Virus record (IMG/VR): IMGVR_UViG_3300023110_000034
Location: 2,303 to 66,302 of that record
From: a virus
Direction: 5' to 3' (one strand)
DNA: 64,000 bases
The notes under the pieces were generated by a model. The model was not told the DNA's origin. It saw only the letters and a program-made list of their open reading frames with translations, and searched no databases. The translations under genes and the position numbers were made by a program. Shown here piece after piece: positions 17,003 to 27,851 of the stretch; position 1 is the first letter of the stretch; every line of letters starts with the position of its first letter.

Positions 17003-17418
17003 TGGCAGAAAAAAAGAAATTCAAAGACACAGGTGTCGGAAAGTTTCTTTTAGAAAAAATTCCAGATGTTGTTGGTGCTATAGCTGGTGATACGCCTGTT
17101 GGTTCAGTAATACAGGCCATCATTGGCGGTAGTGATATGTCAGATGAAGACAAAGCTATTGCTTTAAAAAAGCTTGAAATTGAAAGAGCTGAAATAGATG
17201 GTGTAACCCGCAGATGGGTTGCTGATGCTCGTTCTGGAAATTGGTTAGCTTCTAATGTTCGCCCACTTATTCTTGTATTTCTAACTATTTCATATGTCAT
17301 TGGATGGTATATGAATTATTCATTAGATAATATAACATCATTATTGACAATCGTAATTGGAGGCTATTTTGGGTCTCGTGGTGCGGAAAAAATATTTGGT
17401 AATAAAATGCATAAATAA
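17002..17418 (+). CDS. Holin (3TM/GTA-holin-like)
   Basis: RW.AD....WL..NVRP, two TM helices, GGYFGSRG.EK. Confidence 0.8.
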   Translation: MAEKKKFKDTGVGKFLLEKIPDVVGAIAGDTPVGSVIQAIIGGSDMSDEDKAIALKKLEIERAEIDGVTRRWVADARSGNWLASNVRPLILVFLTISYVIGWYMNYSLDNITSLLTIVIGGYFGSRGAEKIFGNKMHK

Positions 17419-17753
17419 TGGCAAGAATATCCACGTATATAAAAGACAGTAACTTATCTGCTCAGGATAAAGTAATCGGTACTGATTATGATAACGATAA
17501 TGCAACGGCAAACTTTCCTTTAAATGCTATAGGTGAGTTTGTTCGTACTTATTTAGGTGGACTAACCTATACATTTAACCAAGATACACCTAGTATAACT
17601 TGGTCTATTAACCATGCTTTAGAAAGGCATCCATCGGTTACAATAGTAGATTCTTCAGGTAATCATATAATGGGTGAAACATTTTACAACGATTCAAACA
17701 ATATAACACTAACATTTTCTGCACCATTTGCAGGAGTAGCATATCTAAACTAA
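17418..17753 (+). CDS. Virion structural protein
   Basis: MARISTY start; W.INH.L.RHPSVTIVD motif. Confidence 0.65.
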   Translation: MARISTYIKDSNLSAQDKVIGTDYDNDNATANFPLNAIGEFVRTYLGGLTYTFNQDTPSITWSINHALERHPSVTIVDSSGNHIMGETFYNDSNNITLTFSAPFAGVAYLN

Positions 17754-17759
17754 CAAAAA

Positions 17760-18875
17760 ATGGCATTGAATTTTTTAAATAACATTGATTTAAATAAAAA
17801 TCAAGTTCAAAACGGAGTAATCCACGTATTGGCTGCTGCTCCTTTAAATCCTGTTGAAGGACAAATTTATTATAACTCCACAGATAAAAGATTATACTTT
17901 TACGATGCAACCAACTGGATTGACGCATCTGGAGATATTAAAAGTGTTACTACAACAACTTCTAATCAAGTAACAATAACTGATCCAACAGGTCCAAATC
18001 CATCATTAGCTATTGTAACTGCAGCAGTAACAGCAGGCGGAACCGCACTTGCAACTGGCGATCAAATTGCGACTTACGTTACAAATGGTATTGGTAATAT
18101 TTCATTCACTGTCCAAGGTACTACAAATGAAATTGAAGTAACAAATGGAACTGTAGGTGATGGCGATACTGTAACAATTGGATTACCTAATGATATTACT
18201 ATTGGTAATGACCTTACTGTAACAAATGATTTAGATGTTGATGGTAGCGTTACACTTGGTACAACAACAGCTGATACAGTTAATATTGCTGGTAGTACAG
18301 TAATTGGTGGTGATTTAACAGTACAAGGTACAACCACTACTGTAAATTCCAATACAGTTAACATTGGCGATAGTATTATTACTTTAAACTCAGATGAGAC
18401 TGGTTCGCCATCACAAGACGGTGGAATTGAAATTGAAAGGGGTACTGCAGCAAATAGAAGCCTAATATGGGATGAAAGTGCTGGGGAATGGACTATTCAG
18501 CAATCATCAGGTAATTACGAAAGAATTGCAACATATGCAGATTCTGTTGAAGATGTAACTGTACAAGAAGGTACGGGAGGCGGTGTGACGGTAACAGAAA
18601 CACTATCTGGTACAGATAATAGAATTAAAACATATGATCTTGAATTAGACATAACAAACTTTACTCATAAAGCATCGATTGGTGATGGATCTAGTTTAAG
18701 TTATGATGTTACACACAACTTTGGTACTAGAGACGTTATTGTACAACTTTATGATACATCATCATACGATACTGTTTATGCGGATGTAGTTAGAACAGAC
18801 ACAACAAAAGTAACTATCACATTTGCTACTGCACCTACTACAAACGATATTAGAGTGCTTATTACAAAACTATAA
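17760..18875 (+). CDS. Tail fibre/structural protein
   Basis: Thr-rich beta repeats, GDLTVQGTTTTVNS, GGIEIERG, VTHNFGTRDV. Confidence 0.75.
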   Translation: MALNFLNNIDLNKNQVQNGVIHVLAAAPLNPVEGQIYYNSTDKRLYFYDATNWIDASGDIKSVTTTTSNQVTITDPTGPNPSLAIVTAAVTAGGTALATGDQIATYVTNGIGNISFTVQGTTNEIEVTNGTVGDGDTVTIGLPNDITIGNDLTVTNDLDVDGSVTLGTTTADTVNIAGSTVIGGDLTVQGTTTTVNSNTVNIGDSIITLNSDETGSPSQDGGIEIERGTAANRSLIWDESAGEWTIQQSSGNYERIATYADSVEDVTVQEGTGGGVTVTETLSGTDNRIKTYDLELDITNFTHKASIGDGSSLSYDVTHNFGTRDVIVQLYDTSSYDTVYADVVRTDTTKVTITFATAPTTNDIRVLITKL

Positions 18876-18883
18876 TATAAATT

Positions 18884-21784
18884 ATGGCTAATCGTTTCTT
18901 AAATAATATAAGAATAAACGATGAGTATACACTGCCCGCACAGGACGGTACTGCTGATCAGGTAATAGCAACAGATGGTGCTGGTAATTTAAGCTTTGTT
19001 GATGCTGCTGTTGCTACTGCGGACTCTAATCTTGTATATTACAATGTAAAAAACTCTTCTGGATCTACAATCATTAAAGGAAAAGCAGTAAGAGCTGTTG
19101 GTACAGATGGAAATTCTGGGCACATTCTTATTGATGAAATGGTTGCTGATGGTTCTGTAGAGTCAAAATACTTTATTGGAGTATTAGAAACAGACCTTGA
19201 CAATGGAGATATTGGTAGAGTTATTCATTTAGGTGAAATTGACCAGTTCAATACATTAGGGCAGAATGGTGAAACTTGGAGTGATGGGGATGTACTATGG
19301 CTTGACCCATCAAATCCAGGTGATTATACTTTAACAGAGCCTAATGGTCCTAATTACAAAATAGCTGCTGCAATAGTTTTAAATGCGGCAACAAACGGTA
19401 AAATACAAGTTCGTGTACAAGCTAATGAAGGGGTTCATGATCTGCATGATGTAAAACTAGGTACATTAGGTACAGGGGATTTACTTATATATGATACAAC
19501 GCTACAGGTTTGGGAAAATAGTGGCGATAATACTACAGCAGCTCAATTACCTTCAGGAACTACAGCAGAAAGACCAACAGGTGTTGCTGGTATGTTCAGA
19601 TTCAATTCAGATGACTCACAGTTTGAAGGATATGACGGAACACAGTGGGGTGCTATCGCAGGATCAGGTGGTGGTAGTGGAGGAGAGCTCTTAATAGAAA
19701 GAGACGTATTTACTGCTACTGCAAACCAAACAGCATTTACAATATCATCTGAAATAACTGCATCGAGTAATACACAAGTGTATATTGATGGGGTGTACCA
19801 AGCTAAAAGCAATTACACAACAAGCGGATCAACAATAACATTTTCAACAGGGGTTCCAGCAGGAGCTGAAGTTGAAGTTGTACATTTTATTTCCGTATTA
19901 TCAAAAGTTTATACAGATACGTTTACTGGGGACGCTTCTACAGTCAATTTCACGGCTTCTAAGGACGTTACAGACGAAAACGTTACACAAGTATACATAG
20001 ACGGAGTTTATCAGTCTAAAGACAACTATACGACTTCTGGGACAACTATCACTTTTTCCACCGCACCTCCAAGTGGTAGTGCAATAGAGGTCGTACATTT
20101 TACAGCAGCTGAATATTCAACATTGAATAGTAATCAGTTTACTGGGACAGGATCACAAACAGATTTCACTTTAACACAAGGCGTTACGGTTGATAATTCT
20201 TTTGTGTTTATTCAAGGGGTGTATCAAGAAAAAGATACATACTCTATAAGTGGAACAACATTAACTTTCACTTCAGCACCACTTAGTGGTTATAGTATTG
20301 AAGTTATTACAGTAGGTTCAGTATCTATATTTAATGACACTCTTTATGTAGACAACTTTAACGGAACAGGATCACAAGTTGATTATACACTTTCAACAAG
20401 TCCTGCTAGTGAAAATGCTATTGATGTTTACATTAATGGATTGTATCAGCAAAAAGATACATTCAGTTTATCTGGAAGTACATTAACATTTTCTGCAGCT
20501 CCTCCAAACGGTTCAACTATAGAGGTTAAATCAACAGGAGGATTAAATAATGTTGTTTCTTCAGGGGCATCGGTAACATTAGATGCAACACCTAAAACAG
20601 CAGATTTTACTGCTGCCACAAACAAAATACATTTAGTAGATACAACCTCTGCGGAAATTACAGTTACATTACCGTCTTCTCCAAGTGAAGGAGATGAAGT
20701 TGGAATTATTGATTATAGTTCTAATGCAGGAACAAATAATATTACAGTTACATCAAATGATGATATTCAAAACTCTGCTGATGATAAAGTTATTAATTAC
20801 GATAATGGTGCTGTAAATCTTATGTACACAGGAGCTACAAAAGGTTGGCTTGTAAAGTCAGCAGCTAATGAAACTGCTTCAGCTTTAAATCCAGGTGCAA
20901 TAACAGTTGATTATCTGGTAGTTGCTGGTGGAGCTGGTGGAGGTGGTATTTTTGGAGGTGGTGGAGGAGCTGGTGGTTTACGAACATCTTATGGTGGTAC
21001 TACTGGTGGGGGCGGAAGTTCTGAAACATCTTTATTATTAGAAAGTGAAACAAATTACACAGTTACAGTTGGATCTGGAGGTACTGGAGGCAATACAAGT
21101 AATTGGAATCCAACAGAGGGGAGTGATTCTACATTTGCAACTATAACATCAACTGGTGGTGGTGGCGGAGGTTTTGATAATATTGATAATGCTGTATCTG
21201 GTGGCTCTGGTGGTGGAGGTTCAAGGTCAACTTCTAACCAAGGTGCAGCTGCTGTAACTTCACCTGTAGTGCAAGGATACGCTGGGGGAGATGGTGGTGG
21301 AGATAATGATGGTGGAGGAGGCGGAGGAGCTGGTGCTGTAGGAGCAAATGCATCCTCTTCTACAACTGGAGCAAGCGGTGGAGATGGATTAGCTAATAGT
21401 ATAACAGGATCATCAGTAACTTACGCTGGTGGTGGAGCTGGTGGTAAAGCAATTTTTGCATCTACAACTGTTTTTGCTGGTAGTGGTGGTTCTGGTGGTG
21501 GTGGTAATGGTGCTGCTGGTAGTAGTAACACTTCTATACAATCAACTGATGGATCACCAAATACTGGTGGCGGCGGCGGTGGAGGTGGCTGGAATAACTC
21601 GCCTACAAACACAAGCGCTGGCGGAGATGGCGGCTCTGGAGTTGTAATAATCCGCTATCCAAATGCCTACACAATAACAGAAACTACATCACCAAATGTA
21701 CTAACATTTACAACTGCTACAGATGGTAGCGACAAAGTAACAACATTCACGGCTGGAACAAACGGAACTATACAATTTAGTTAA
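18884..21784 (+). CDS. Tail fibre with four internal repeats and a Gly-rich C-terminal domain
   Basis: GTTAERP..GMFRFN; four V(Y/F)I.G.YQ repeats; VDYLVVAGG...GSGVVIIRYP. Confidence 0.8.
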   Translation: MANRFLNNIRINDEYTLPAQDGTADQVIATDGAGNLSFVDAAVATADSNLVYYNVKNSSGSTIIKGKAVRAVGTDGNSGHILIDEMVADGSVESKYFIGVLETDLDNGDIGRVIHLGEIDQFNTLGQNGETWSDGDVLWLDPSNPGDYTLTEPNGPNYKIAAAIVLNAATNGKIQVRVQANEGVHDLHDVKLGTLGTGDLLIYDTTLQVWENSGDNTTAAQLPSGTTAERPTGVAGMFRFNSDDSQFEGYDGTQWGAIAGSGGGSGGELLIERDVFTATANQTAFTISSEITASSNTQVYIDGVYQAKSNYTTSGSTITFSTGVPAGAEVEVVHFISVLSKVYTDTFTGDASTVNFTASKDVTDENVTQVYIDGVYQSKDNYTTSGTTITFSTAPPSGSAIEVVHFTAAEYSTLNSNQFTGTGSQTDFTLTQGVTVDNSFVFIQGVYQEKDTYSISGTTLTFTSAPLSGYSIEVITVGSVSIFNDTLYVDNFNGTGSQVDYTLSTSPASENAIDVYINGLYQQKDTFSLSGSTLTFSAAPPNGSTIEVKSTGGLNNVVSSGASVTLDATPKTADFTAATNKIHLVDTTSAEITVTLPSSPSEGDEVGIIDYSSNAGTNNITVTSNDDIQNSADDKVINYDNGAVNLMYTGATKGWLVKSAANETASALNPGAITVDYLVVAGGAGGGGIFGGGGGAGGLRTSYGGTTGGGGSSETSLLLESETNYTVTVGSGGTGGNTSNWNPTEGSDSTFATITSTGGGGGGFDNIDNAVSGGSGGGGSRSTSNQGAAAVTSPVVQGYAGGDGGGDNDGGGGGGAGAVGANASSSTTGASGGDGLANSITGSSVTYAGGGAGGKAIFASTTVFAGSGGSGGGGNGAAGSSNTSIQSTDGSPNTGGGGGGGGWNNSPTNTSAGGDGGSGVVIIRYPNAYTITETTSPNVLTFTTATDGSDKVTTFTAGTNGTIQFS

Positions 21785-21786
21785 CT

Positions 21787-23079
21787 ATGGCATTAACAAA
21801 ACTTATAACAGATTTAATTGACGGTTCTTTAGGAACAGACTGGCAAGCTACTCCAAAAACAGCAGACTTTACGGCCGTTGCTGGGGAAGGTTATTTTGTT
21901 GATACTACAAGTACTGCAATTACAGTTACGCTTCCAAGCAGTCCAACTGCTGGGGATGAGGTTTCTATAGTTGATTACGCTGGTACTGCTGATACTAACA
22001 ATATCACAATAACATCGAGTGATAATATTAATGGTGTATCTGATGATGTTTCAATAGCTTACCAAAGAGGCGGAGTATCTATGGTTTATGTAGATGCTAC
22101 TCAAGGCTGGATAGCTTATAATGCCACTAATGAAACTGCTACTGCTTTAGTACCAAGTACAATAACAGTTGATTATTTAGTAGTCGCTGGAGGCGGAGGT
22201 GGTGGAGGAAATGAAGGTGCAGGGGGAGGTGCTGGAGGTTTAAGAACATCGTATGGCTCAATAACTGGTGGAGGAGGTAGTGCTGAAACATCTTTATCTT
22301 TATTATTATCTACAAATTATACTGTAACAGTTGGACCTGGGGGGAATGGTAATGATTATAGTCCTTGGACAAAAGGATATAATGGTTCTAATTCTGTATT
22401 TTCAACAATAACATCAAGTGGTGGTGGAGGTGGAGGAACTGGAATTTCATCACCATACCTCAAAACTGGTAATGACGGAGGTTCTGGGGGTGGAGAATCT
22501 CGTGGACTTGCAACTGCGACTGGACAAGCGGTTACAACCCCAGTTGTTCAAGGTTATAGAGGTGGATTTTCTGCTCCTACTAATGGTGATTCATCTGGAG
22601 GAGGAGGTGGAGCAGGTGGCGCTGGTGTTGATCAAACTGGAAGCACTACTGGAGGTACAAACGGCGGAGTCGGATTAGCTGTTAATATTTTGAGTGCATC
22701 AAATGCTACAACTGCATCAGTAGGTGAGGTATCTGGTTCTGATGTTTACTTTGCTGGTGGTGGTGGAGGTGGTAGCTATGGATCAGTAGCCGTAGGCACT
22801 GGAGGTTTAGGTGGTGGCGCTGATGGAGAAAACACAGGGGTTGGTTTCAATGCTACAGGAAATACTGGAGGCGGCGGTGGCGGTGGTGGCGGCAGTAACG
22901 CTGATTCAACAAGAGTTGGAGGTAATGGAGGCTCTGGAGTTGTGATTTTACGTTATCCAAGTGCTTATACGATAACAGAAACAACCTCGCCAACTGTACT
23001 AACATTTAATACCTATACAGAGGGTAGTGATAAAGTAACAGTATTCACAGCTGGAGATGGAACTATACAATTTAGCTAA
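21787..23079 (+). CDS. Gly-rich fibre, paralogue of the upstream gene's C-terminal half
   Basis: Shares TPKTADFTA, VDYLVVAGG and GTIQFS. Confidence 0.8.
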   Translation: MALTKLITDLIDGSLGTDWQATPKTADFTAVAGEGYFVDTTSTAITVTLPSSPTAGDEVSIVDYAGTADTNNITITSSDNINGVSDDVSIAYQRGGVSMVYVDATQGWIAYNATNETATALVPSTITVDYLVVAGGGGGGGNEGAGGGAGGLRTSYGSITGGGGSAETSLSLLLSTNYTVTVGPGGNGNDYSPWTKGYNGSNSVFSTITSSGGGGGGTGISSPYLKTGNDGGSGGGESRGLATATGQAVTTPVVQGYRGGFSAPTNGDSSGGGGGAGGAGVDQTGSTTGGTNGGVGLAVNILSASNATTASVGEVSGSDVYFAGGGGGGSYGSVAVGTGGLGGGADGENTGVGFNATGNTGGGGGGGGGSNADSTRVGGNGGSGVVILRYPSAYTITETTSPTVLTFNTYTEGSDKVTVFTAGDGTIQFS

Positions 23080-23105
23080 TATGGTAAAAATTAATAATAA
23101 ATAAA

Positions 23106-23504
23106 ATGGCACACTACGCATTACTAAACTATCAAAACATAGTTACTAAAGTTTGCACAGGCAAAAATGAGGATGAAACCGATACTAATATCGAAATAGT
23201 CTATCAAAATATGTTTGGACAATTATGTAAGCGCACCTCTTATAATACCAGAGGCGGAGTACATTATGATCCTGTAACAAATGAGCCAAGTGCTGACCAG
23301 TCAAAAGCATTTAGAAAAAACTATGCAGGAATAGGATATACATACGATGAATCTCGTGATGCTTTTATCCCTCCAAAACCATTTGATAGCTGGATACTAA
23401 ATGAAGACAGCTGTTTATGGGAAGCTCCTGTAGCTATGCCAGATGATGGACAGCAATACTCTTGGAATGAAGAAACAACAAGTTGGGATTTAATAACAGA
23501 ATAA
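23106..23504 (+). CDS. Fibre-associated protein
   Basis: MAHYA...TSYN...FRKNYAGIGYTYD..RDAFIPPKP..SW pattern, typical next to Gly-rich fibres. Confidence 0.7.
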   Translation: MAHYALLNYQNIVTKVCTGKNEDETDTNIEIVYQNMFGQLCKRTSYNTRGGVHYDPVTNEPSADQSKAFRKNYAGIGYTYDESRDAFIPPKPFDSWILNEDSCLWEAPVAMPDDGQQYSWNEETTSWDLITE

Positions 23505-23514
23505 ATAAATAATT

Positions 23515-23862
23515 ATGGCTTTAACTAAAGTAACATCAGCAGTATTAAATGACGATGCTGTATCATATGATAAACTTGGGGCTGAGTTTACAACTGCTGC
23601 GGTTATCTCTGCAAGTGATGTAGACTTTAGTTCTGCTGCGGTATTCACTAAAACATTATCAGATAATACTAATTTAACCTTTTCAAACGTAGAAACAGGG
23701 ATGGTAAAGGATTTAGTAATAACAGGAAACTTTCCTCTACAACTTCCTGTTTCAGTTAAGACAATCACAGGAACGTATGATGGGACAGTATCAAACCTAA
23801 TTCAAATAGTATCAACTAATGGTGCAACAGAACAATGGGCATCAATATCTCAAGAAGCATAA
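23515..23862 (+). CDS. Small structural protein
   Basis: MALTK start shared with 21787. Confidence 0.65.
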   Translation: MALTKVTSAVLNDDAVSYDKLGAEFTTAAVISASDVDFSSAAVFTKTLSDNTNLTFSNVETGMVKDLVITGNFPLQLPVSVKTITGTYDGTVSNLIQIVSTNGATEQWASISQEA

Positions 23863-23864
23863 TT

Positions 23865-24347
23865 ATGGGAAAGAAAGCAATAAATAAAAACGGTATAATA
23901 AAAGTTTACGAAGGAGTACCTAAAACTTTATATTCGTCAACAGGAACTTATTTAAATGCCCCTGCAATGACAGAAGGGCAATTAAGAGAGGCAGGATTGT
24001 TTGACGTTGTTATGCCTGATGGTTATGATTCAAGAATCCACGATTTAGGGCAAATATATTTTGATAGCGCCAATACACGATTTACTTACGACAAATCAAA
24101 TAAAACTTGGTCGCAAAGTTTAAATGAACTTAAAGAACAAAAAATAGCTAACTTAAAATCATCAGCTAATTCTAAACTTGCCGAAACTGATTGGTATTAC
24201 ATAAGACTTACAGCATTGGGCACAGCAGTTCCACAACAAATTATAGATGATAGAGCGGCAATAATTGAAACTGTATCTACAAAAGAAGCTGAAATTAACG
24301 CTAAAACAACAAAAGCATCAGTTGTAACTTACGACATAAGCTTATAA
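23865..24347 (+). CDS. Tail fibre assembly-like protein
   Basis: L.ETDWY..R....G..VP.....R motif; start 23865 chosen as it follows the upstream stop. Confidence 0.65.
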   Translation: MGKKAINKNGIIKVYEGVPKTLYSSTGTYLNAPAMTEGQLREAGLFDVVMPDGYDSRIHDLGQIYFDSANTRFTYDKSNKTWSQSLNELKEQKIANLKSSANSKLAETDWYYIRLTALGTAVPQQIIDDRAAIIETVSTKEAEINAKTTKASVVTYDISL

Positions 24348-24348
24348 T

Positions 24349-27300
24349 ATGATTGGTAAAAAATTAATAAATACAGGAGGTGCAGCAGAAGCAGCTTTTC
24401 TTCCATCACAACATTTTGAAACTGTAACCTATACAGGGAATGGTAGTACTCAATCTGTAGGTGGGTTTATAAATAGAGGTGCGGTATTTAATGGGAGTAG
24501 TTCAAGTTTAGATATAGAATCTTTAGATTTAATACAAAATCAAATTGAATCGTTTTCTTTTTGGTTTAGAGGCAAGTTTGTTTTTGGTTTTTATGACCCA
24601 AGTTCTGCGAGTACTTCAGATAGAAGAAGATGGTTTATAGACAATACCACAACAGGAAGTATAAAAATACAGGTTAATAATGACCAATATAATTATGAGC
24701 AGACAGGGATAACAGAAGATTCAGATTGGCATCATTTGGCAGTTGTAAGTGATGGTAAAATTTACCTTGATGGTACACAATTAACTAACACTTTTAATAC
24801 TTCTTATTGGATTACAGATGGTACTAATGGTACGCAAAGAGACACTATAAGAATAGGTACTTCAGATTTTATAGGTGCTGCTAATGAAGGTTACTCAGCA
24901 GGTTCTTATGACCAAATACGTTTATTTAACAAAGCATTATCCTCTGATGAAGTAACTACTCTATATGGGGAAACTGCTGCAAGTACATCTAAATCTGTAA
25001 CAGATATATTTGACGATAATTCAGGTGTTGCTTTATACCAATTAGATGGTAATGCTAATGATACAGGTGGAGTAAGTGGTAAGTTTGGAAGTGCTGCTAT
25101 ATTTAATGGGAGTAGTAGTGTTATAGAATCAACTTCTTTAAATTATGCTGCTTTACCAACTAATACTGCTTGGGCTGTAAGTTGTTGGATAAACAACAGT
25201 GATAACACAATAACAAGTGCTCCTATATCATTAATGGGCGGTATTAATGGGTGGGGGTTATTTTTACAATCAGGTACTGTGCAATTAGCTACCGATGGCA
25301 GTACACCTACAGCAACAACAGGAGCATTTGCTACACTTGCTAATAACACTTGGATGCACGTTGTTTTAAGTTATGATGGTTCAGGAACTACAACTCTTTA
25401 TTATGATGGAAGTTTTGGTGCTACAGTTTCTTTTACGTTTTCAGCTATAACAAGCGGTAACTTGAAAATTGGTAAAGCTCCGTATTGGAGTTATTTTAAA
25501 GGCAAAATAGACCAAATAAGAATATACGATACAGCATTAAGTAGTTCAGATGTAACTAACTTATACAATGAATCAAGTGTGCCTACAACAAATCTTGTTG
25601 CCCATTATAAATTTGATGGAGATGCAAGAGATGAGCAACAACTATATGATGGAACAGCTACTAACGTAGTCTATGCTTATGATGGTACTGCTACAAACGT
25701 AACTTATCAAGAGGCTACAAAATTCCAACCTGATTTGGTTTGGATAAAGGAAAGAACAACTGCTGAGGGGCATAGATTGTACGATTCGATAAGAGGCGCA
25801 ACTAAACATCTTAATTCTGAAAATACAAGTGCTGAAGCAACAAATACAGCGGGATTAGCATCTTTTGATTCAAATGGTTTTAGTGTTGGTAGTTATGCTC
25901 CTGTAAATACCAATGCTGAAGATTACGTTGCTTGGTGTTGGAAAGCAGGAGGGGATGATGTATTAAATGAAGAAGGAAGTATAGACAGCCAAGTTAGCGC
26001 AAATCAAGATGCAGGGTTTAGTATTGTTAGTTATACAGGTAATGGAAGTGCAGGGGCAACAGTAGGTCACGGATTATCTTCAGCTCCTGAAATGGTATTT
26101 TTTAAAAATAGGACTGATACTGAAAATTGGGATGGTCAAATATTTGGTACTATTAGAATGGGTCTAAATTCAACAGAAGCTGATCAAGGAAATAATCTTG
26201 TTACATTTGGTTCTACTGTTATGAATTTAACTACATCTAATAGAAATAATGGTTCAGGAGATAATATGATTGCCTACTGCTTCCATTCAGTAGATGGATA
26301 TTCTAAAGTAGGGTCTTATATAGGAGATGGAAATGAATCAGGAAATCATATTGTAACAGGATTTGAGCCACAATTTGTAATCATTAAGGCAACAGAAAAC
26401 GTATCTGATTGGATAATATTTGATACTGAAAGAGATTCTGTAAATCCAACAACAAAACTTTTATATGCAAATTCAAGTAGTGCAGAGCAAGATGGTATAA
26501 CAGATAGAAGCCCTGACCTTTATATTGAAGTAACTTCTAATGGGTTTCAAATTAAAGGACTGAATAATGATATAAATGTAAATGGTGAAAAATTCATCTA
26601 CCTTGCTATAGCAGCAGACCCTGATGTAACACAACCAGTTGTAGAGAATAGCTTTGACGTTGTTACTTATACAGGGAATGGTGGTACTCAAAGTATTGAT
26701 ACAGACTTTAAGCCTGATTTGGTTTGGATAAAATGTCGTGATGCAGCAAGAGATAATCGGCTTGTAGATTCAGTAAGAGGAGTGGGATTAGCATTAATAA
26801 GCGACCAAACTGCAACAGAACAAAGTGAATCAACAGGATTAACATCTTTTGATTCAAATGGATTTTCACTTGGAAGTTCAGGCGGATATAATAATAATAC
26901 AGAAAATTTTGTTGCTTGGTGTTGGAAAGCGGGCGACCACGATGACAACCTACCACAGATAAACACAGAGGGTACTATAGATAGTGTTGTTAGTGTGAAT
27001 GCTGCTGCTGGGTTTAGTATTGTGAAAGCAAATTCAAGCTCTTCTAATACTGATACAGTAGGTCACGGACTTTCTTCTGCTCCTGAAATGATTATTAGAA
27101 AACGACTTGATGGTACAAGCGGATGGTTAGTTTTAGTGGATATTAATGGAACTTATTATGAATTATTTTTAAATAGTAGTACTGCTGCAACCTCAGCTTC
27201 ATCTTTTGCTACAAGTACTACCATTGAAACAAGAAGTGGTACTTCAGGAAATGAATATATATGGTACTGCTTCCACAGCGTGGATTCCTATCAGAAGGTG

Positions 27301-27606
27301 GGGAGTTATACAGGAACAGGAGCGACAGGAAACGTCATAAATGTTGGATTTAAACCACGATTTATTTTATTAAAAAATACAAGTAGCGGAACAAATGGCG
27401 ATGGATGGTTTATGTTTGATACTACAAGGTCAGGTTCAGACGTTATAGACGTAAATCTACAAGCTCATATTTCTGATGCAGAATCAGGTCCATATTCTTA
27501 TACTATTACAGTTTCAAGCACAGGGTTTGAGCCTACAGGAAGTTTTGCAAACTTTACAGGAACAAATGCATCAGGAAATACATACATCTATTTAGCAATA
27601 GCATAA
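24349..27606 (+). CDS. Fibre/adhesin: two LamG domains and two YTGNG-repeat domains
   Basis: Paralogue of 8866-12504; PDLVWIK, VAWCWKAG, YIYLAIA. Confidence 0.85.
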   Translation: MIGKKLINTGGAAEAAFLPSQHFETVTYTGNGSTQSVGGFINRGAVFNGSSSSLDIESLDLIQNQIESFSFWFRGKFVFGFYDPSSASTSDRRRWFIDNTTTGSIKIQVNNDQYNYEQTGITEDSDWHHLAVVSDGKIYLDGTQLTNTFNTSYWITDGTNGTQRDTIRIGTSDFIGAANEGYSAGSYDQIRLFNKALSSDEVTTLYGETAASTSKSVTDIFDDNSGVALYQLDGNANDTGGVSGKFGSAAIFNGSSSVIESTSLNYAALPTNTAWAVSCWINNSDNTITSAPISLMGGINGWGLFLQSGTVQLATDGSTPTATTGAFATLANNTWMHVVLSYDGSGTTTLYYDGSFGATVSFTFSAITSGNLKIGKAPYWSYFKGKIDQIRIYDTALSSSDVTNLYNESSVPTTNLVAHYKFDGDARDEQQLYDGTATNVVYAYDGTATNVTYQEATKFQPDLVWIKERTTAEGHRLYDSIRGATKHLNSENTSAEATNTAGLASFDSNGFSVGSYAPVNTNAEDYVAWCWKAGGDDVLNEEGSIDSQVSANQDAGFSIVSYTGNGSAGATVGHGLSSAPEMVFFKNRTDTENWDGQIFGTIRMGLNSTEADQGNNLVTFGSTVMNLTTSNRNNGSGDNMIAYCFHSVDGYSKVGSYIGDGNESGNHIVTGFEPQFVIIKATENVSDWIIFDTERDSVNPTTKLLYANSSSAEQDGITDRSPDLYIEVTSNGFQIKGLNNDINVNGEKFIYLAIAADPDVTQPVVENSFDVVTYTGNGGTQSIDTDFKPDLVWIKCRDAARDNRLVDSVRGVGLALISDQTATEQSESTGLTSFDSNGFSLGSSGGYNNNTENFVAWCWKAGDHDDNLPQINTEGTIDSVVSVNAAAGFSIVKANSSSSNTDTVGHGLSSAPEMIIRKRLDGTSGWLVLVDINGTYYELFLNSSTAATSASSFATSTTIETRSGTSGNEYIWYCFHSVDSYQKVGSYTGTGATGNVINVGFKPRFILLKNTSSGTNGDGWFMFDTTRSGSDVIDVNLQAHISDAESGPYSYTITVSSTGFEPTGSFANFTGTNASGNTYIYLAIA

Positions 27607-27632
27607 ACAATAGAAAATTAAATAAAATAAAA

Positions 27633-27851
27633 ATGAATTTAATACGAAAAATATCAATTGGTCGTGATTATAAAAACGACGCAATGCATTATAGTATTGG
27701 ACAAGAAGTATTTGGAGGCCATATAATATCTGAAATACTTGAAGAAGAAGAAGGATACGTAATATATATAAAGAAAAAAGACGAAATATTGCCATGGAAA
27801 CATTTTAATAAGAATATGGCAGTATCAATTGAATTTAATTTAGAATATTAA
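27633..27851 (+). CDS. Hypothetical protein
   Basis: 72-aa ORF upstream of the packaging genes. Confidence 0.7.
   Translation: MNLIRKISIGRDYKNDAMHYSIGQEVFGGHIISEILEEEEGYVIYIKKKDEILPWKHFNKNMAVSIEFNLEY

Noticed and set aside
8866-27606. Diversity-generating retroelement acting on the paralogous fibres
   Set aside because: No reverse transcriptase in the window. Differences between the repeats are mostly synonymous and not adenine-specific, and both copies are coding.
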